Origin: an uncultured bacterium
GTDB taxonomy: Bacteria > Patescibacteriota > JACMRA01
Assembly: GCA_963784355.1 (NCBI GenBank)
Contig: CAWAQU010000003.1
Span: 32,001-96,000 of the forward strand
Length of the DNA stretch: 64,000 nt
Direction: 5' to 3'
The position numbers were made by a program, and so were the translations under genes. Positions 29,385 to 39,660 of the stretch are shown here, piece by piece (positions within the stretch are counted from its first letter, which is position 1; each line of letters starts with the position of its first letter). The notes under the pieces were generated by a model, which was not told where the DNA came from, did not search any database, and saw only the letters and a list, made by a program, of their open reading frames with translations.

Positions 29385-29529
29385 GATCTAATCCTTTGCA
29401 TCAAAATTGCAATAAACTTGGACTAATTTTATATATAGCACGTTTTTATAGTTCTGGCAATTCAATTTGTGGCAAACTTAAGATTGTTATACAAGTTTTA
29501 AAAAGTGAACGCTTTGTATTTTCAGCATA

Positions 29530-32466
29530 TTACAGCTGTTCCAAATACCCTTTTAACTCACTTAAAAGTACTTTTTCCTCCTTTTCCTTAGTACGCACGC
29601 TAACTTGATCATTTTCAGCATCTTTTGGTCCTACAATCAAAATTACAGGCACTTTCTCCATTTCAGCCTCCCTGATTTTTTTACCTAAAGACTCACTTCT
29701 GTCATCCAGCTCATAACGCAATTCGTTATATTTTAAAGGCTTCATCAAAACCACTTCTGAGAGTACTTCCTGCACCTTTGCCACATAGTCATTTACTTTG
29801 TCATTTATTGTTAAAATTTTAACCTGAGTTGGAGCCAGCCACAGTGGAAATCTACCACCGTAAAATTCTACTAGAAAAGCGAATAATCTTTCTATTGCTC
29901 CAATTGATGAGCGATGAACTACTACAGCTTCTTTTTCATTTTGCTCACTATCAAAGTACGATAAATTAAATCTTTTAGGCATTACAAAATCGTACTGCAC
30001 AGTAAATGCTGTGTCTTCTTTGCCATTTACATTTGTCATCTGAATATCAATTTTTGGACCATAGAAGGCAGCTTCAGCTTCAGCTTCATAAAAAGGCGCA
30101 CTTCTTTCAACTAATACTTCCCTTAATGCCTGTTCAGCTGTACCCCACGCATTATCATCCTTAAAGTATTTTTTATCATCATTTCTATCTCCAAGAGACA
30201 ATCTGTAACGGTAATTCTGGCCTTTTGTAAGTCCAAAAACTTCAGCGCAATACTCGATTAAATCTAAAGCCCCGTTTACTTCTTGTTTTACTTGTTCAGG
30301 AGTGCATACAATATGTGAATCTGCTAAACAAAAACTTCTTACCCTGATTAATCCAGATAACGCTCCAGAATCTTCATAGCGATACAATTTAGCAAGCTCG
30401 GCAATACGCATTGGTAACTCTCTGTAGCTTCTTGGTTTATCTAAATAAATTTGAAAATGATGTGGGCAAGTCATCGGCCTCAACATGTATTTGTCATTAT
30501 CTATTTCAATTGGAGCATACATTGAATCTTTATAGTATGGATAGTGTCCTGACTTTTCGTAAAGCCCAAGATTTGCCATGTCTGGAGTGTAAACATGTTT
30601 ATAGCCTCGTCTTATTTCCTCCTCTACAATAAATCTTTCCAAAACTCTACGTACAGTAGCACCTTTTTCTAGCCAAAGTGGCAATCCTGCACCAACAATA
30701 TCTGAAAAAGTAAATAGTTCAAGTTGTTTTCCGACTACTCTATGATCCCTCTTTTTAGCTTCTTCCCTGTTGTTAATAAATTCCTGCAATTCTACTTCAG
30801 TGTCATAAACTAAAGCGTAAATACGTTGCATTTGAATATTTCTATCTTGATCCCCACGCCAATAACTACCACTAAATTTATCTAGTTTGAAGCCAAATGA
30901 ATTTTTTTCTGCAATTTCTTTAATTTTCTCTTTTTTCATTACCAATTCTATATTTTCCACTTCATTAATTTGCTCAGGGAAAAATTTGATCTTTGATTCT
31001 TTACCGGTTAATTCAAAACCTAAACTCTGATAAAACTTTAATGCTTGCTCATCTTTTTGCCTTCCAGTCTCTAATTTAATTACTTTTTTATCACTCAGTA
31101 CTCTAATAGCCATAGTAACAAGCTCTTTACCTATGCCTTGAGATTGATATTCAGGTTTTATCCAAACAGTCCTTATAATTCCGTCATTTGGTGCAGAACT
31201 TACGCCAATAATTTTGTTCTCATATTCAGCAACAAAGTATTTACTTGTTTTAAAATACTCAATCAGTCTATTTGCTTTTTCTTCAGTATAGTCCTTTTCT
31301 ATCATTTCTTTAGTAATACCATAGTTTTCCCCAACAAAAGCATCAACCATAGCCGCTTTTTGCACTTCGAGAATGTTAGGAATATCTTCTATTTTAGCTG
31401 TTCTTAGCTTAATTGTTTTACCCTCTTTAGAAATATAGTTTTTTAAATATTCAATTTCACCAATATCAGCAATATGCGGACCTTTACACAGATCCTCAAA
31501 CAAAATTTCCCCTGTGTTTTCATCTACTATTCTGTAAACTGTGATTTTTGGTAACTTTGTATTAATATTAATATTTTCCTTTTTTAAGATCATTCTTTGT
31601 ATAGGCATGAATTTATTCCCCACTGGAAAATTTTCTGCTTTTTCTAAATACTTAAACCCGAGTTTTTCATAAAATTTGATTGCCTGATTATTATAACTAA
31701 CTACATCTGCGATCATGTCTTTTTGATTCCCAAAATACTCAACAGCTTTGTCCATAAGCCTGGAACCCACACCCTGATTTTGGAAATTAGGATCAACATA
31801 TAATGCATGTGGCTGATTCCAAGGAGCTTGGGGATCATTTTTTAAGATTATAAAACCAACAATCTGACCGTTTTTTTCAGCTACAAAATAAGTAAAGCTA
31901 TTGTCTACAGCATCTTTTCGAAATTTATCCTGCCATCTTTGCAATTTCTGACTCCAATCCTTATTTTCAATATCTTCAACGGTAATATCATGTTCTTCAT
32001 TTACATAAGCTTTTAGCCAGGCTCTATGATTAATATCCACTATTTCTTCAATATCGCTTTCAAGTGTTGGTCTAATTTTTATCTCATCATTTCCACCAAA
32101 ATCTGCCTTCTCTTCTTCACTCATTGATGTAGTGCCTTTAGTTCTTAGATCATTAAGTAATTCTACTTTAAGTGGTTGGTTGTGCTTTTCAAATAACGTT
32201 ATTGCTTCTTCAATGCTGAATTCTTGGACTTTATAGCTCAAGTTTTTTTTGAGTAAATCTTTTATATGTTTTTCTATCAAGGGTAAATCCTCAGGTATCA
32301 GTGTTCTAGGCAAAATAAAATCGTAGTAGCATCCTGTATCGATTACAGGACCTATTCCGAACTGAGCCTCGGGAAACATTTGCTTGACCGCTGCTGCCAT
32401 TATGTGGGCAAAAGAGTGACGTTTGGTATCTAATAAAAGATTTTGAGAAGATTTTGGGATGGACAT
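29530..32466 (-). CDS. thrS: Threonine--tRNA ligase with two inserted GNAT domains
   Basis: RHSFAH, DLCKGPH, YWRGD, KRDHR, RPMTCPHH, AAFYGPKID, FPLWLAP.QV; about 330 extra aa made of two GNAT folds. Confidence 0.96.
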   Translation of the reverse strand: MSIPKSSQNLLLDTKRHSFAHIMAAAVKQMFPEAQFGIGPVIDTGCYYDFILPRTLIPEDLPLIEKHIKDLLKKNLSYKVQEFSIEEAITLFEKHNQPLKVELLNDLRTKGTTSMSEEEKADFGGNDEIKIRPTLESDIEEIVDINHRAWLKAYVNEEHDITVEDIENKDWSQKLQRWQDKFRKDAVDNSFTYFVAEKNGQIVGFIILKNDPQAPWNQPHALYVDPNFQNQGVGSRLMDKAVEYFGNQKDMIADVVSYNNQAIKFYEKLGFKYLEKAENFPVGNKFMPIQRMILKKENININTKLPKITVYRIVDENTGEILFEDLCKGPHIADIGEIEYLKNYISKEGKTIKLRTAKIEDIPNILEVQKAAMVDAFVGENYGITKEMIEKDYTEEKANRLIEYFKTSKYFVAEYENKIIGVSSAPNDGIIRTVWIKPEYQSQGIGKELVTMAIRVLSDKKVIKLETGRQKDEQALKFYQSLGFELTGKESKIKFFPEQINEVENIELVMKKEKIKEIAEKNSFGFKLDKFSGSYWRGDQDRNIQMQRIYALVYDTEVELQEFINNREEAKKRDHRVVGKQLELFTFSDIVGAGLPLWLEKGATVRRVLERFIVEEEIRRGYKHVYTPDMANLGLYEKSGHYPYYKDSMYAPIEIDNDKYMLRPMTCPHHFQIYLDKPRSYRELPMRIAELAKLYRYEDSGALSGLIRVRSFCLADSHIVCTPEQVKQEVNGALDLIEYCAEVFGLTKGQNYRYRLSLGDRNDDKKYFKDDNAWGTAEQALREVLVERSAPFYEAEAEAAFYGPKIDIQMTNVNGKEDTAFTVQYDFVMPKRFNLSYFDSEQNEKEAVVVHRSSIGAIERLFAFLVEFYGGRFPLWLAPTQVKILTINDKVNDYVAKVQEVLSEVVLMKPLKYNELRYELDDRSESLGKKIREAEMEKVPVILIVGPKDAENDQVSVRTKEKEEKVLLSELKGYLEQL

Positions 32467-32517
32467 AAGTAATGAATGGTGGTTACAAGGTTTGAGGATT
32501 TTAATGGAAAATTACAA

Positions 32518-32549
32518 AATAAAAAATCTCCCTGGATTGGGAGTAGATT
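32518..32549 (-). terminator. Attenuator terminator upstream of thrS
   Basis: Minus strand CTCCC-AATCCA-GGGAG followed by ATTTTTT. Confidence 0.75.
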
Positions 32550-32580
32550 GAAGTTTAAAATAAAATTAGTCAAACTGCAG

Positions 32581-32631
32581 CTACCCCTTTAACGGGTTTG
32601 TAGTAGTTGTTGTAGTCTGAAGCGAATTCAT
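32581..32631 (-). CDS. thrS leader peptide MNSLQTTTTTTNPLKG (16 aa, 6 consecutive Thr)
   Basis: Manual translation: ATG AAT TCG CTT CAG ACT ACA ACA ACT ACT ACA AAC CCG TTA AAG GGG TAG. Confidence 0.85.
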   Translation of the reverse strand: MNSLQTTTTTTNPLKG

Positions 32632-32641
32632 ATTCTTTTTA

Positions 32642-32670
32642 ATTATAGTTGTAATCTATATATTAGTCAA
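32642..32670 (-). promoter_or_regulatory. Sigma70 promoter of the thrS leader
   Basis: TTGACT-N17-TATAAT on the minus strand, 10 nt upstream of the leader ATG. Confidence 0.8.
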
Positions 32671-32977
32671 CTTTAGGCGGTTGAACTTTGTCAGCTTTTC
32701 TATTTCTAACCTCATCAACTGCAGCCTGAGCTTTTTTTATTTCTTCTAAAGTCCGTGGTGTAAATAATGTAAAATACATAGCTTTGCTATCATCTCGATT
32801 ATCTTTTCCGAGCATACCCAATGTATCAAATTCAGGTTTGGGCATAGTACTTAAAATTTCAGGCCAGAGTACAACAAAAATAGCAACTATTATTGCATCA
32901 AATGTTTCAGGAACTAGCTCTCCCTGTTCTGAAATTTCTATTTGGTCGTAAAGTATAGGTTTTTGATATTGTTCCAT
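32663..32977 (-). CDS. Hypothetical protein
   Basis: 104-aa ATG ORF, no recognised motif. Confidence 0.55.
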   Translation of the reverse strand: MEQYQKPILYDQIEISEQGELVPETFDAIIVAIFVVLWPEILSTMPKPEFDTLGMLGKDNRDDSKAMYFTLFTPRTLEEIKKAQAAVDEVRNRKADKVQPPKVD

Positions 32978-33077
32978 ATTACTTTAACAATAGCATATAA
33001 TTCTAAATTTGACTAGAGTTAATTTTTATGCGTTAGATTAAATGTTGCCCATTTTTAATACAATTTTATTATTTTTT

Positions 33078-33785
33078 ATGTCTGAATACACTCCACCTAT
33101 AAATCACAACATTGTAAAAGTGTCAAAGCCCCATAAAAGTTTTGAAAAAAGGGACAAGTTTACAGCTAAAAAAGAATTTAACAGTGTCAATAAAAAATCT
33201 TCTGTACTCATGCCATCACAAAATAAAACGGAAATGGCTAATATGACTAGATTTTTGGAGCCTTTTGGTAGAGTTGAAGTTCGAGCTAATCCTAAAGTTG
33301 CTACAGTAATAGAGGCTGCGATAAATGCAACTCGTGCCGTTTCACAAGTCTTGGGTTGGGATTTAGATGAGCGAATAATGGAAACAATCCAATTAACTGC
33401 TGGCCATGTAAATTCGGATGCTGTTGATCTTTGCGATGCTGCTTTTATTGCAAAATTTGGTAAGTTTGGTAAGTTTGGTAGAAAACCTTGGGGTTATAGT
33501 ATAACAATGACCTTTGATGAAATTACAGAAGAACGAGTGGATCCCAATGGTCCTTATAGAAGTATTATATTTAAATGTTATGCCGATTTACGTAAACTTC
33601 GTAATGACTTTGGTATATCAAAGTTAATCAATCCTGCAGCTACAGCGGAATTTCCTAATGTCTCGTTAAAAGCCAACTCAAATAAACAAGAACCTAAAAA
33701 CACGAATAACTTTAATAATATCCCTTTAATAAACAACTCAAACAGAGTAAAACTTAATAGTCTCAAAGAGAAAAAAGTTAACTAG
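33078..33785 (+). CDS. Hypothetical protein
   Basis: Long ORF; probable start MSEYTP. Confidence 0.65.
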   Translation: MSEYTPPINHNIVKVSKPHKSFEKRDKFTAKKEFNSVNKKSSVLMPSQNKTEMANMTRFLEPFGRVEVRANPKVATVIEAAINATRAVSQVLGWDLDERIMETIQLTAGHVNSDAVDLCDAAFIAKFGKFGKFGRKPWGYSITMTFDEITEERVDPNGPYRSIIFKCYADLRKLRNDFGISKLINPAATAEFPNVSLKANSNKQEPKNTNNFNNIPLINNSNRVKLNSLKEKKVN

Positions 33786-33800
33786 AAAATTATATTCCTA

Positions 33801-34277
33801 CTACGCAATTTTTCTAGGTTTATCAGTTCTTCTTTGCTCAGAGTGAACAATATGAGGTCTGAAATGATTATCAGGACTTATTTTTTCATTTAATTGAGAT
33901 AATTTATCAGATACCGGGGATATTTCCGGATGCCTTATCTCTAAGCCCGGTTTTTTTCCGGGTTCTAAATATTTATTTATTTCCATAGTACCACCCTCTT
34001 TTGTTTCCATAATTGCTTTTTTGATCAAAAATATATTACCCTTTGTTTGTTTGATTTTCCCCTCAATGCCTAACAAGTGGTATATCTTATCATGTTTAGT
34101 TAAAAGTAATTTTTCCAGATTTCTATAGTATAGTAGCTGTTTAGCAAATTCTTTAAGCAATGACTGGAGGTATTGTTTTTTATTAACTAGTAGATTTGAA
34201 GTTGATTCCGAATTATTTTTCGTTTGGACTTCACTATCTACATTTGGGGTTCCAAGAAAAGAATGATCACTAAACAT
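33801..34277 (-). CDS. Hypothetical protein
   Basis: Long ORF; probable start MFSDHS. Confidence 0.5.
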   Translation of the reverse strand: MFSDHSFLGTPNVDSEVQTKNNSESTSNLLVNKKQYLQSLLKEFAKQLLYYRNLEKLLLTKHDKIYHLLGIEGKIKQTKGNIFLIKKAIMETKEGGTMEINKYLEPGKKPGLEIRHPEISPVSDKLSQLNEKISPDNHFRPHIVHSEQRRTDKPRKIA

Positions 34278-34423
34278 AATATAAGTTGATAGATAAAATT
34301 TCAATAAAAAGCAACTATACATTTCTAAATTAAAAGGTCCAATTTGAAGCAAGCAGCCTTGACAAAAAATCCAAAAATTATAAGTCTATGGCTACTTAAA
34401 AATTAACAACAATTTATATAAAT

Positions 34424-34795
34424 ATGACTTTAAGTCGCAAACTACTAGCAACTATTTTCGGAACAGTATTTACTTTAATCGGATTATTAGGTTTCTTCAA
34501 CGATCCAGTACTTAGCCTTTTTGATGTAGATACTATCCACAATTTTGTTCACTTAATCACAGGTATTGCAGGCTTAGTTTACGGTATGCAAAATAACGAT
34601 ACTGCAAAAAGATACGGCCAGATATTTGGTGCAATTTATGGGCTAGTGACTCTTATGGGATTTGTAATGGGCGAAGGTAAATTACTTGGTTTGATGAGTA
34701 TTAACAATGCAGACAACTACTTGCATTTATTTTTATCTGCAGGTTTGATTTATCTTGGTTATTTTATGACTAGTGATGAAGTAAAAACTGTCTAA
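34424..34795 (+). CDS. DUF4383-like 4-TM membrane protein
   Basis: HNFVHLITG and N.ADNYLHL motifs. Confidence 0.85.
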   Translation: MTLSRKLLATIFGTVFTLIGLLGFFNDPVLSLFDVDTIHNFVHLITGIAGLVYGMQNNDTAKRYGQIFGAIYGLVTLMGFVMGEGKLLGLMSINNADNYLHLFLSAGLIYLGYFMTSDEVKTV

Positions 34796-34817
34796 AATTT
34801 CATTTTATTTAAAATTT

Positions 34818-34840
34818 CCTCTCTTTATGGGAGGTTTTTT
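34818..34840 (+). terminator. Intrinsic terminator
   Basis: CCTCTC-TTTAT-GGGAGG followed by TTTTTT. Confidence 0.65.
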
Positions 34841-34889
34841 GTTGACAAAATAGGGTTTTTAAGTTAGTTTAATTGTGTTGAGAATTACT

Positions 34890-34966
34890 GCAACCGTAGC
34901 TCAGTTGGATAGAGCGAAGGCCTTCTAAGCCTTAGGTCACAGGTTCGATCCCTGTCGGTTGCACCA
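34890..34966 (+). tRNA. tRNA-Arg (TCT)
   Basis: GCAACCG/CGGTTGC acceptor stem, AAGGC-CTTCTAA-GCCTT anticodon arm, GGTTCGATCC T-arm, encoded CCA. Confidence 0.97.
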
Positions 34967-35010
34967 CTATATAATAGCATCCCCATAATGGGGAATAATT
35001 TTTTCTAAAA

Positions 35011-35925
35011 ATGCAAAATGTACATGTACCAGTACTTTTAAACGAAGTATTTGAGTCAGTCTCTCAGCTTAAAAATAAAGGTGGTAAGATTTTCGATGGA
35101 ACTTTGGGTGGTGGTGGTTATACTCAGAAATTTTTAAATGGTGGCTTTGAAGTTTATGCAAGTGATTTGGACGAAAACGCTATAAATTTGGTACGCACAA
35201 AATTAAATAATCCTGAAAAGCTAACTGTAGTAAATTCTAATTTTGCTGACTATATTGAGACTTTTGATAAAGATTTTTTTGACGGAATTGTTTTGGACCT
35301 CGGTTTTTCCAGTAATCAACTGCAGCATTCAGGGCGAGGATTTAGTTATCAAAATCGCGAGGAAATTTTTGACTTGAGGTACAATATTACCACAGGTAAA
35401 TCATGTTTTGAAAAGTTGAGGGAAGTAAAATCTGCAGAAAATTTGTGGACAATTATATATACCTACAGTGGAGAAAAGTTTAGCAAATCAATTTCAATCA
35501 ATATTTTTAACTTCCTTAAAGAAAATTCTGGTTCAGTTTTAGTGGGAGAGATAGTTGATCAGGTAACCAAAGCTGTTCCCGCTAAATTTCAAAAACACCT
35601 AAATAGTACACTAAGTAGAGTGTGGCAAGCTTTAAGGATCTGGACCAATGATGAATTTGGTAGTTTAGAAAAATTTTTACCTCTGGCTGCCGAAAAATTG
35701 AAACCCGGCGGTAGGTTAGCTATTGTTAGCTTTCATAGTCTTGAAGATAAAATTGTAACTAAATTTATGCGAAATCTGGCAAAGCCCTTAGAAATCGACG
35801 TATTTGGCAACAAAACTCAAGCATTTAAGCTGATAACATCTAAAGCAATTGTGGCTAGTGAAAAAGAGGTTGAAGAAAATCCTAGAAGTAGGAGTGCATT
35901 GTTGAGAGTGTTGGAAAAGATCTAA
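35011..35925 (+). CDS. rsmH: 16S rRNA C1402 N4-methyltransferase
   Basis: HVPVLLNE, DGTLGGGG, LDLGFSS.QL, QALRI..NDE, SFHSLED, NPRSRSA. Confidence 0.95.
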   Translation: MQNVHVPVLLNEVFESVSQLKNKGGKIFDGTLGGGGYTQKFLNGGFEVYASDLDENAINLVRTKLNNPEKLTVVNSNFADYIETFDKDFFDGIVLDLGFSSNQLQHSGRGFSYQNREEIFDLRYNITTGKSCFEKLREVKSAENLWTIIYTYSGEKFSKSISINIFNFLKENSGSVLVGEIVDQVTKAVPAKFQKHLNSTLSRVWQALRIWTNDEFGSLEKFLPLAAEKLKPGGRLAIVSFHSLEDKIVTKFMRNLAKPLEIDVFGNKTQAFKLITSKAIVASEKEVEENPRSRSALLRVLEKI

Positions 35926-35942
35926 TTTTGCTTAATATATAT

Positions 35943-36314
35943 TTAAATATAAACCGGCCAGTACAGATTTCTATCTTTATTTATTTTTTTTATCAAATAA
36001 ATTCTACCTTTATCCTCTTCTAAAATCAAATTGAGTTCTAGATTTTTACTGGAATCTTCATAAATACAGTAAACTTTAGCTTTGGTAAGAGCTTTTTCAT
36101 AATTTATCACTTTAGCATATTTAAAGTCAGGATTTTCTGCAGTCTCGCAAAGCTCGGATATATTTTTAATTTCTTTTAAGTAAAGATTGGTAGCAGTTTC
36201 AGCCCTAATATAAGCGAAAATAAGCGAACTAAAAAGCAAAATTATTAGCAAACCGACTAAAAAGCCCCAATAATTGAGTGTTTTATTTTGAAAAACTTTA
36301 CCAAGTCCAGACAT
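35943..36314 (-). CDS. Membrane-anchored hypothetical protein
   Basis: N-terminal TM; overlaps the recJ 3' end (operon). Confidence 0.65.
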   Translation of the reverse strand: MSGLGKVFQNKTLNYWGFLVGLLIILLFSSLIFAYIRAETATNLYLKEIKNISELCETAENPDFKYAKVINYEKALTKAKVYCIYEDSSKNLELNLILEEDKGRIYLIKKINKDRNLYWPVYI

Positions 36315-38217
36315 TTTCCGCAATTAATTCTTTTTTAGTACTACCGTTCCAAGTATTTTGACTTACTTTAGCTTGGACCCAAAGTTTTGGCAAATTATTT
36401 TCCAAGAGAGTCTTTTTTAAGTCCCCAGAAATGTTAAATACTGTTATATTAAGTTGATTATTTGATTTTATTTTAATATGCTTATTTTCACTACCCAGCC
36501 ATTGGAAGTTAAGATTTTCAGGCTCTATATGAAACATAAAAACCGGCATAGGAAAATCCTGCCCAAAAGGATCGAGGCTGAATATTTCGCTTAATAAGAC
36601 TGCATCTATCTCCTTAAATTCAAGCCAAATTAAATTTTTCTGTGTTTTTAGTTTATTCAATCTTTCAGGTAGAAAGTCCAGTAATTTTTCTTTGCCCAAG
36701 AGCCAGGAAGGAAGTTGGTTGATCCTCAAATCCTGATCTGACACTTGCCCAGAGATAACTTTTGATAGAGATTCTCTAATTTCCGGTAGATTAGTCTTTT
36801 GAGCCGTAAAACCTGCTGCAGCCGGATGCCCACCCGCTTTATTAAATAGCTCTTTAATCTCCTCCATAGCTTTTGGAATATGAAAACCTTCAGGTGCTCT
36901 TAGTGAAGCACAAATCTCATTTTCAGCTTCTTCATAGCAAATTGTGGACACAACTACAACCGGTAGATTATAGATATTTACCAATCTGGAGGCTAACAAG
37001 CCAATTATGCCCTTGCTCCACTCTCCTTCCAACCACAAAACTTTATTACCAGCAACAAATTGGTCCTCTGCTTCTTTCTCTACTTCACTTAAAATGTTTT
37101 TAACCATCAATTTTCGTTCTTTATTTGTGTTTATTAATTTTGTGATTAATGTTCGATTTTCCTGCTCATCATCTGTGCTGATTAGACTTTGAATTGAAAG
37201 GTTGGCATGACTAAGACGGCCGGAAGAATTTAGAATTGGAGAAAGTATAAATCCTAAATCTTGGCTGGTAATTTGATATCCAAACTGCATTTTTTCCAGT
37301 AAACCGGTTTGATTTAAAATTTCAGTAACTCCTCTAAGATTGTGGTTATTTTCCTGGAGTATTTTTAACCCAGATCTGACCAGTAGTCGATTTGTAGGCT
37401 CCAATATACTTTGACAGTCAGCGACGGTACCAATAGCTACTAAAGGTATTAATTTATTGAGATTTTTAAGGGAATTACCTGGTGATAACTCTATTTCTTG
37501 CAAAAAATAACCTAGCCAAACTAAGCAAAACCAAGCTACCCCTACCCCAGTAACAGATTCCGAGAGAATGTTCGTCGGTTGAATCAGTTGATTTTTAATG
37601 GCTATTTCATGTTTATTTAGGTAATTCTGTATTTTATCATCGGTTAAGTTTGTGTGATTTACAAAACTGTATTTTTCAGGATTTTCTAAATAATAGTTGC
37701 CGAGTCTGGGATTTATTACAGCTGTGCAATCCGGCGCTTCTCCATGCAAATGATGGTGATCAGTGATAATCAAATCTGCTGTTTTTTGACTGTTTTCAGC
37801 TTTCAATTTTTTAATAATTTCTGCTTCTTTTACAGAATTGATTCCACAGTCTACCGAGATAATTAAATCATACTTTTTAGCTAATTTCTCTACAGCTTCA
37901 CCATTCATTCCATAGCCTTCGGTAAATCTGTCCGGAGCATAGAAATCTAGGTCCTCTTGGTTAAAACCTAGACTGATCAAACCCCAATACATAGTTGCTG
38001 TAGCAGTAACTGCATCAGTGTCATAATCGCTGTAAATACAGATTTTGTGGTTATATTTTTTAGCTTCAAGTAAGCGTAGACAGAATTTTTCTATGTTAAA
38101 TAAATATGGCAGAATTTGAACGTGCCCATTTAGATCCAATTGAGTGAAGAACTTAGGGTATTTAAAACCATCTCCACTATAAAAACGCTGAAAATAATCA
38201 ATCAATTGAGTCTTCAT
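36298..38217 (-). CDS. recJ: Single-stranded DNA exonuclease RecJ (DHH/DHHA1)
   Basis: DYDTD, PDRF.EGYG, VDCG, TDHH, GTVAD, GGHPAAAG. Confidence 0.9.
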   Translation of the reverse strand: MKTQLIDYFQRFYSGDGFKYPKFFTQLDLNGHVQILPYLFNIEKFCLRLLEAKKYNHKICIYSDYDTDAVTATATMYWGLISLGFNQEDLDFYAPDRFTEGYGMNGEAVEKLAKKYDLIISVDCGINSVKEAEIIKKLKAENSQKTADLIITDHHHLHGEAPDCTAVINPRLGNYYLENPEKYSFVNHTNLTDDKIQNYLNKHEIAIKNQLIQPTNILSESVTGVGVAWFCLVWLGYFLQEIELSPGNSLKNLNKLIPLVAIGTVADCQSILEPTNRLLVRSGLKILQENNHNLRGVTEILNQTGLLEKMQFGYQITSQDLGFILSPILNSSGRLSHANLSIQSLISTDDEQENRTLITKLINTNKERKLMVKNILSEVEKEAEDQFVAGNKVLWLEGEWSKGIIGLLASRLVNIYNLPVVVVSTICYEEAENEICASLRAPEGFHIPKAMEEIKELFNKAGGHPAAAGFTAQKTNLPEIRESLSKVISGQVSDQDLRINQLPSWLLGKEKLLDFLPERLNKLKTQKNLIWLEFKEIDAVLLSEIFSLDPFGQDFPMPVFMFHIEPENLNFQWLGSENKHIKIKSNNQLNITVFNISGDLKKTLLENNLPKLWVQAKVSQNTWNGSTKKELIAENVWTW

Positions 38218-39583
38218 ATTCTGTTTTTTCTGCTAAATTAGCTAATAGCCCGATCATAATGAAAATGGGCATGATGAAAATAGGTGAAAAAGTTATCCAT
38301 TGAATATATGAGGCTATCAAAGCAAAAATTAGAGTGAGTCTTGCAAGGTTACTGCCTGAATTCCAGGATTTTAAATGATTTAGTAATTTAATATTTTTCA
38401 GTACAGGCCATAGTAGAATCATCATAAATACCAGGAAAGCCAAAAAACCGAATTCCAACCAAACTTCCAAATACACATTATTTACTATAAGATAACTATT
38501 TGGATCTGATAGAATGCCGCCCAGTGCTTCATTTTGCATCCAGGCTCCATACTGACCACTTCCTAGCCCCGTTATGATAAAATTTGGCAATAATACTAAT
38601 GCACCTTCTAAAAAGGCTAATCTTTCAAGAGAAGAGGCAAATTGAAAAGTGAATGTGGCAATAAAATTGTTGATAATTCCAAAAGCAATTAACCTAAAAT
38701 TTTCAAAAAATAAAATACCTAAGAAAAGCAAGCTGGATACTACTAGTAGAATGTTTTTAGCCCACTTTAAAAAAAGTGACACTTGTAATTTCCGTGCACC
38801 ATACGCAATCAAAACTATTACACTTAAAACTAAAGCTAGATAAGCTCCTTTGGATAAGGTAAGTAGAAATATTAAAATAAATAGGCCAAGTAATTCAAAG
38901 TTTATTATTTTACCTTTGAATTTGGTTTTAAGAACAGATTTAGCTACAAAAATATGCACCAGTACAAATATAATTGGCAGTAACATCATGCCGGCAAAAT
39001 ACAGAGGTTCTAAAGCTGTTGCTTGCACGCGTGGAATACCAAATACTATTTTTGTGTACTGTTGTCTAAGCCCTGTAAAAAGTGGAGGAATTCCTATTAA
39101 ATCACCAAAGAATTGATACAATCCGAAAAGTGAAACCCCAATAAATACGTAGACAAGTTTTCTGAGTTTAGAATAAATATTTTCACTGAAATTAGAAAGT
39201 AAAAATACAGCTCCAAAACATAAAAGTGTAGCAATTTGGGTTACCAGAAATCTTTTACTATCAATTACAAAAAACCATGAGGGGATGGATAAAATGATGA
39301 ATCCTAACAATAGATAGCTTATAGGATTTAGCCTTACCTGAAGTAATTTTTCATCTTTTTTTGCAAGTAACACTACTACTACCCAAATTCCTATGATAAT
39401 TAGTATTTGTCCGATTCTAAGATTAGCCCCTGCGATTTGCAAACTTGGTATTCTTTCGAAAGGTAGTGATAGAACTAACCCTGTAGTTATTTTATCCAGC
39501 CATTCAAATTTAGCGAAGTGCCAAAGCAGCCAAGAAATTATAGCTAAAATGGTTAAGCCAATTATTGCAAAAAGTAGAAGCAT
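38198..39583 (-). CDS. O-antigen ligase/Wzy-like membrane protein
   Basis: About 11 TM segments; RVQATALEP, TLSKG, GLGSG, NNVYLEVWLEFG. Confidence 0.8.
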   Translation of the reverse strand: MLLLFAIIGLTILAIISWLLWHFAKFEWLDKITTGLVLSLPFERIPSLQIAGANLRIGQILIIIGIWVVVVLLAKKDEKLLQVRLNPISYLLLGFIILSIPSWFFVIDSKRFLVTQIATLLCFGAVFLLSNFSENIYSKLRKLVYVFIGVSLFGLYQFFGDLIGIPPLFTGLRQQYTKIVFGIPRVQATALEPLYFAGMMLLPIIFVLVHIFVAKSVLKTKFKGKIINFELLGLFILIFLLTLSKGAYLALVLSVIVLIAYGARKLQVSLFLKWAKNILLVVSSLLFLGILFFENFRLIAFGIINNFIATFTFQFASSLERLAFLEGALVLLPNFIITGLGSGQYGAWMQNEALGGILSDPNSYLIVNNVYLEVWLEFGFLAFLVFMMILLWPVLKNIKLLNHLKSWNSGSNLARLTLIFALIASYIQWITFSPIFIMPIFIMIGLLANLAEKTEYEDSID

Positions 39584-39660
39584 TCAGTAGGAAAATTACC
39601 AACTAGAGAGTTTTAGTCAAATTGACAGAAAACGCAAATACCCAAATATTGAATTAACTT

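Noticed and set aside
29396-29608. 70-aa plus-strand ORF
   Set aside because: Overlaps the thrS 3' end in antisense, non-ATG start, no motif
32467-32640. T-box riboswitch upstream of thrS
   Set aside because: The leader is short and no T-box consensus precedes the terminator; a leader peptide explains the region
33453-33479. 9-bp tandem repeat encoding KFG x3
   Set aside because: Short in-frame slippage repeat in a hypothetical gene, with no evidence of function
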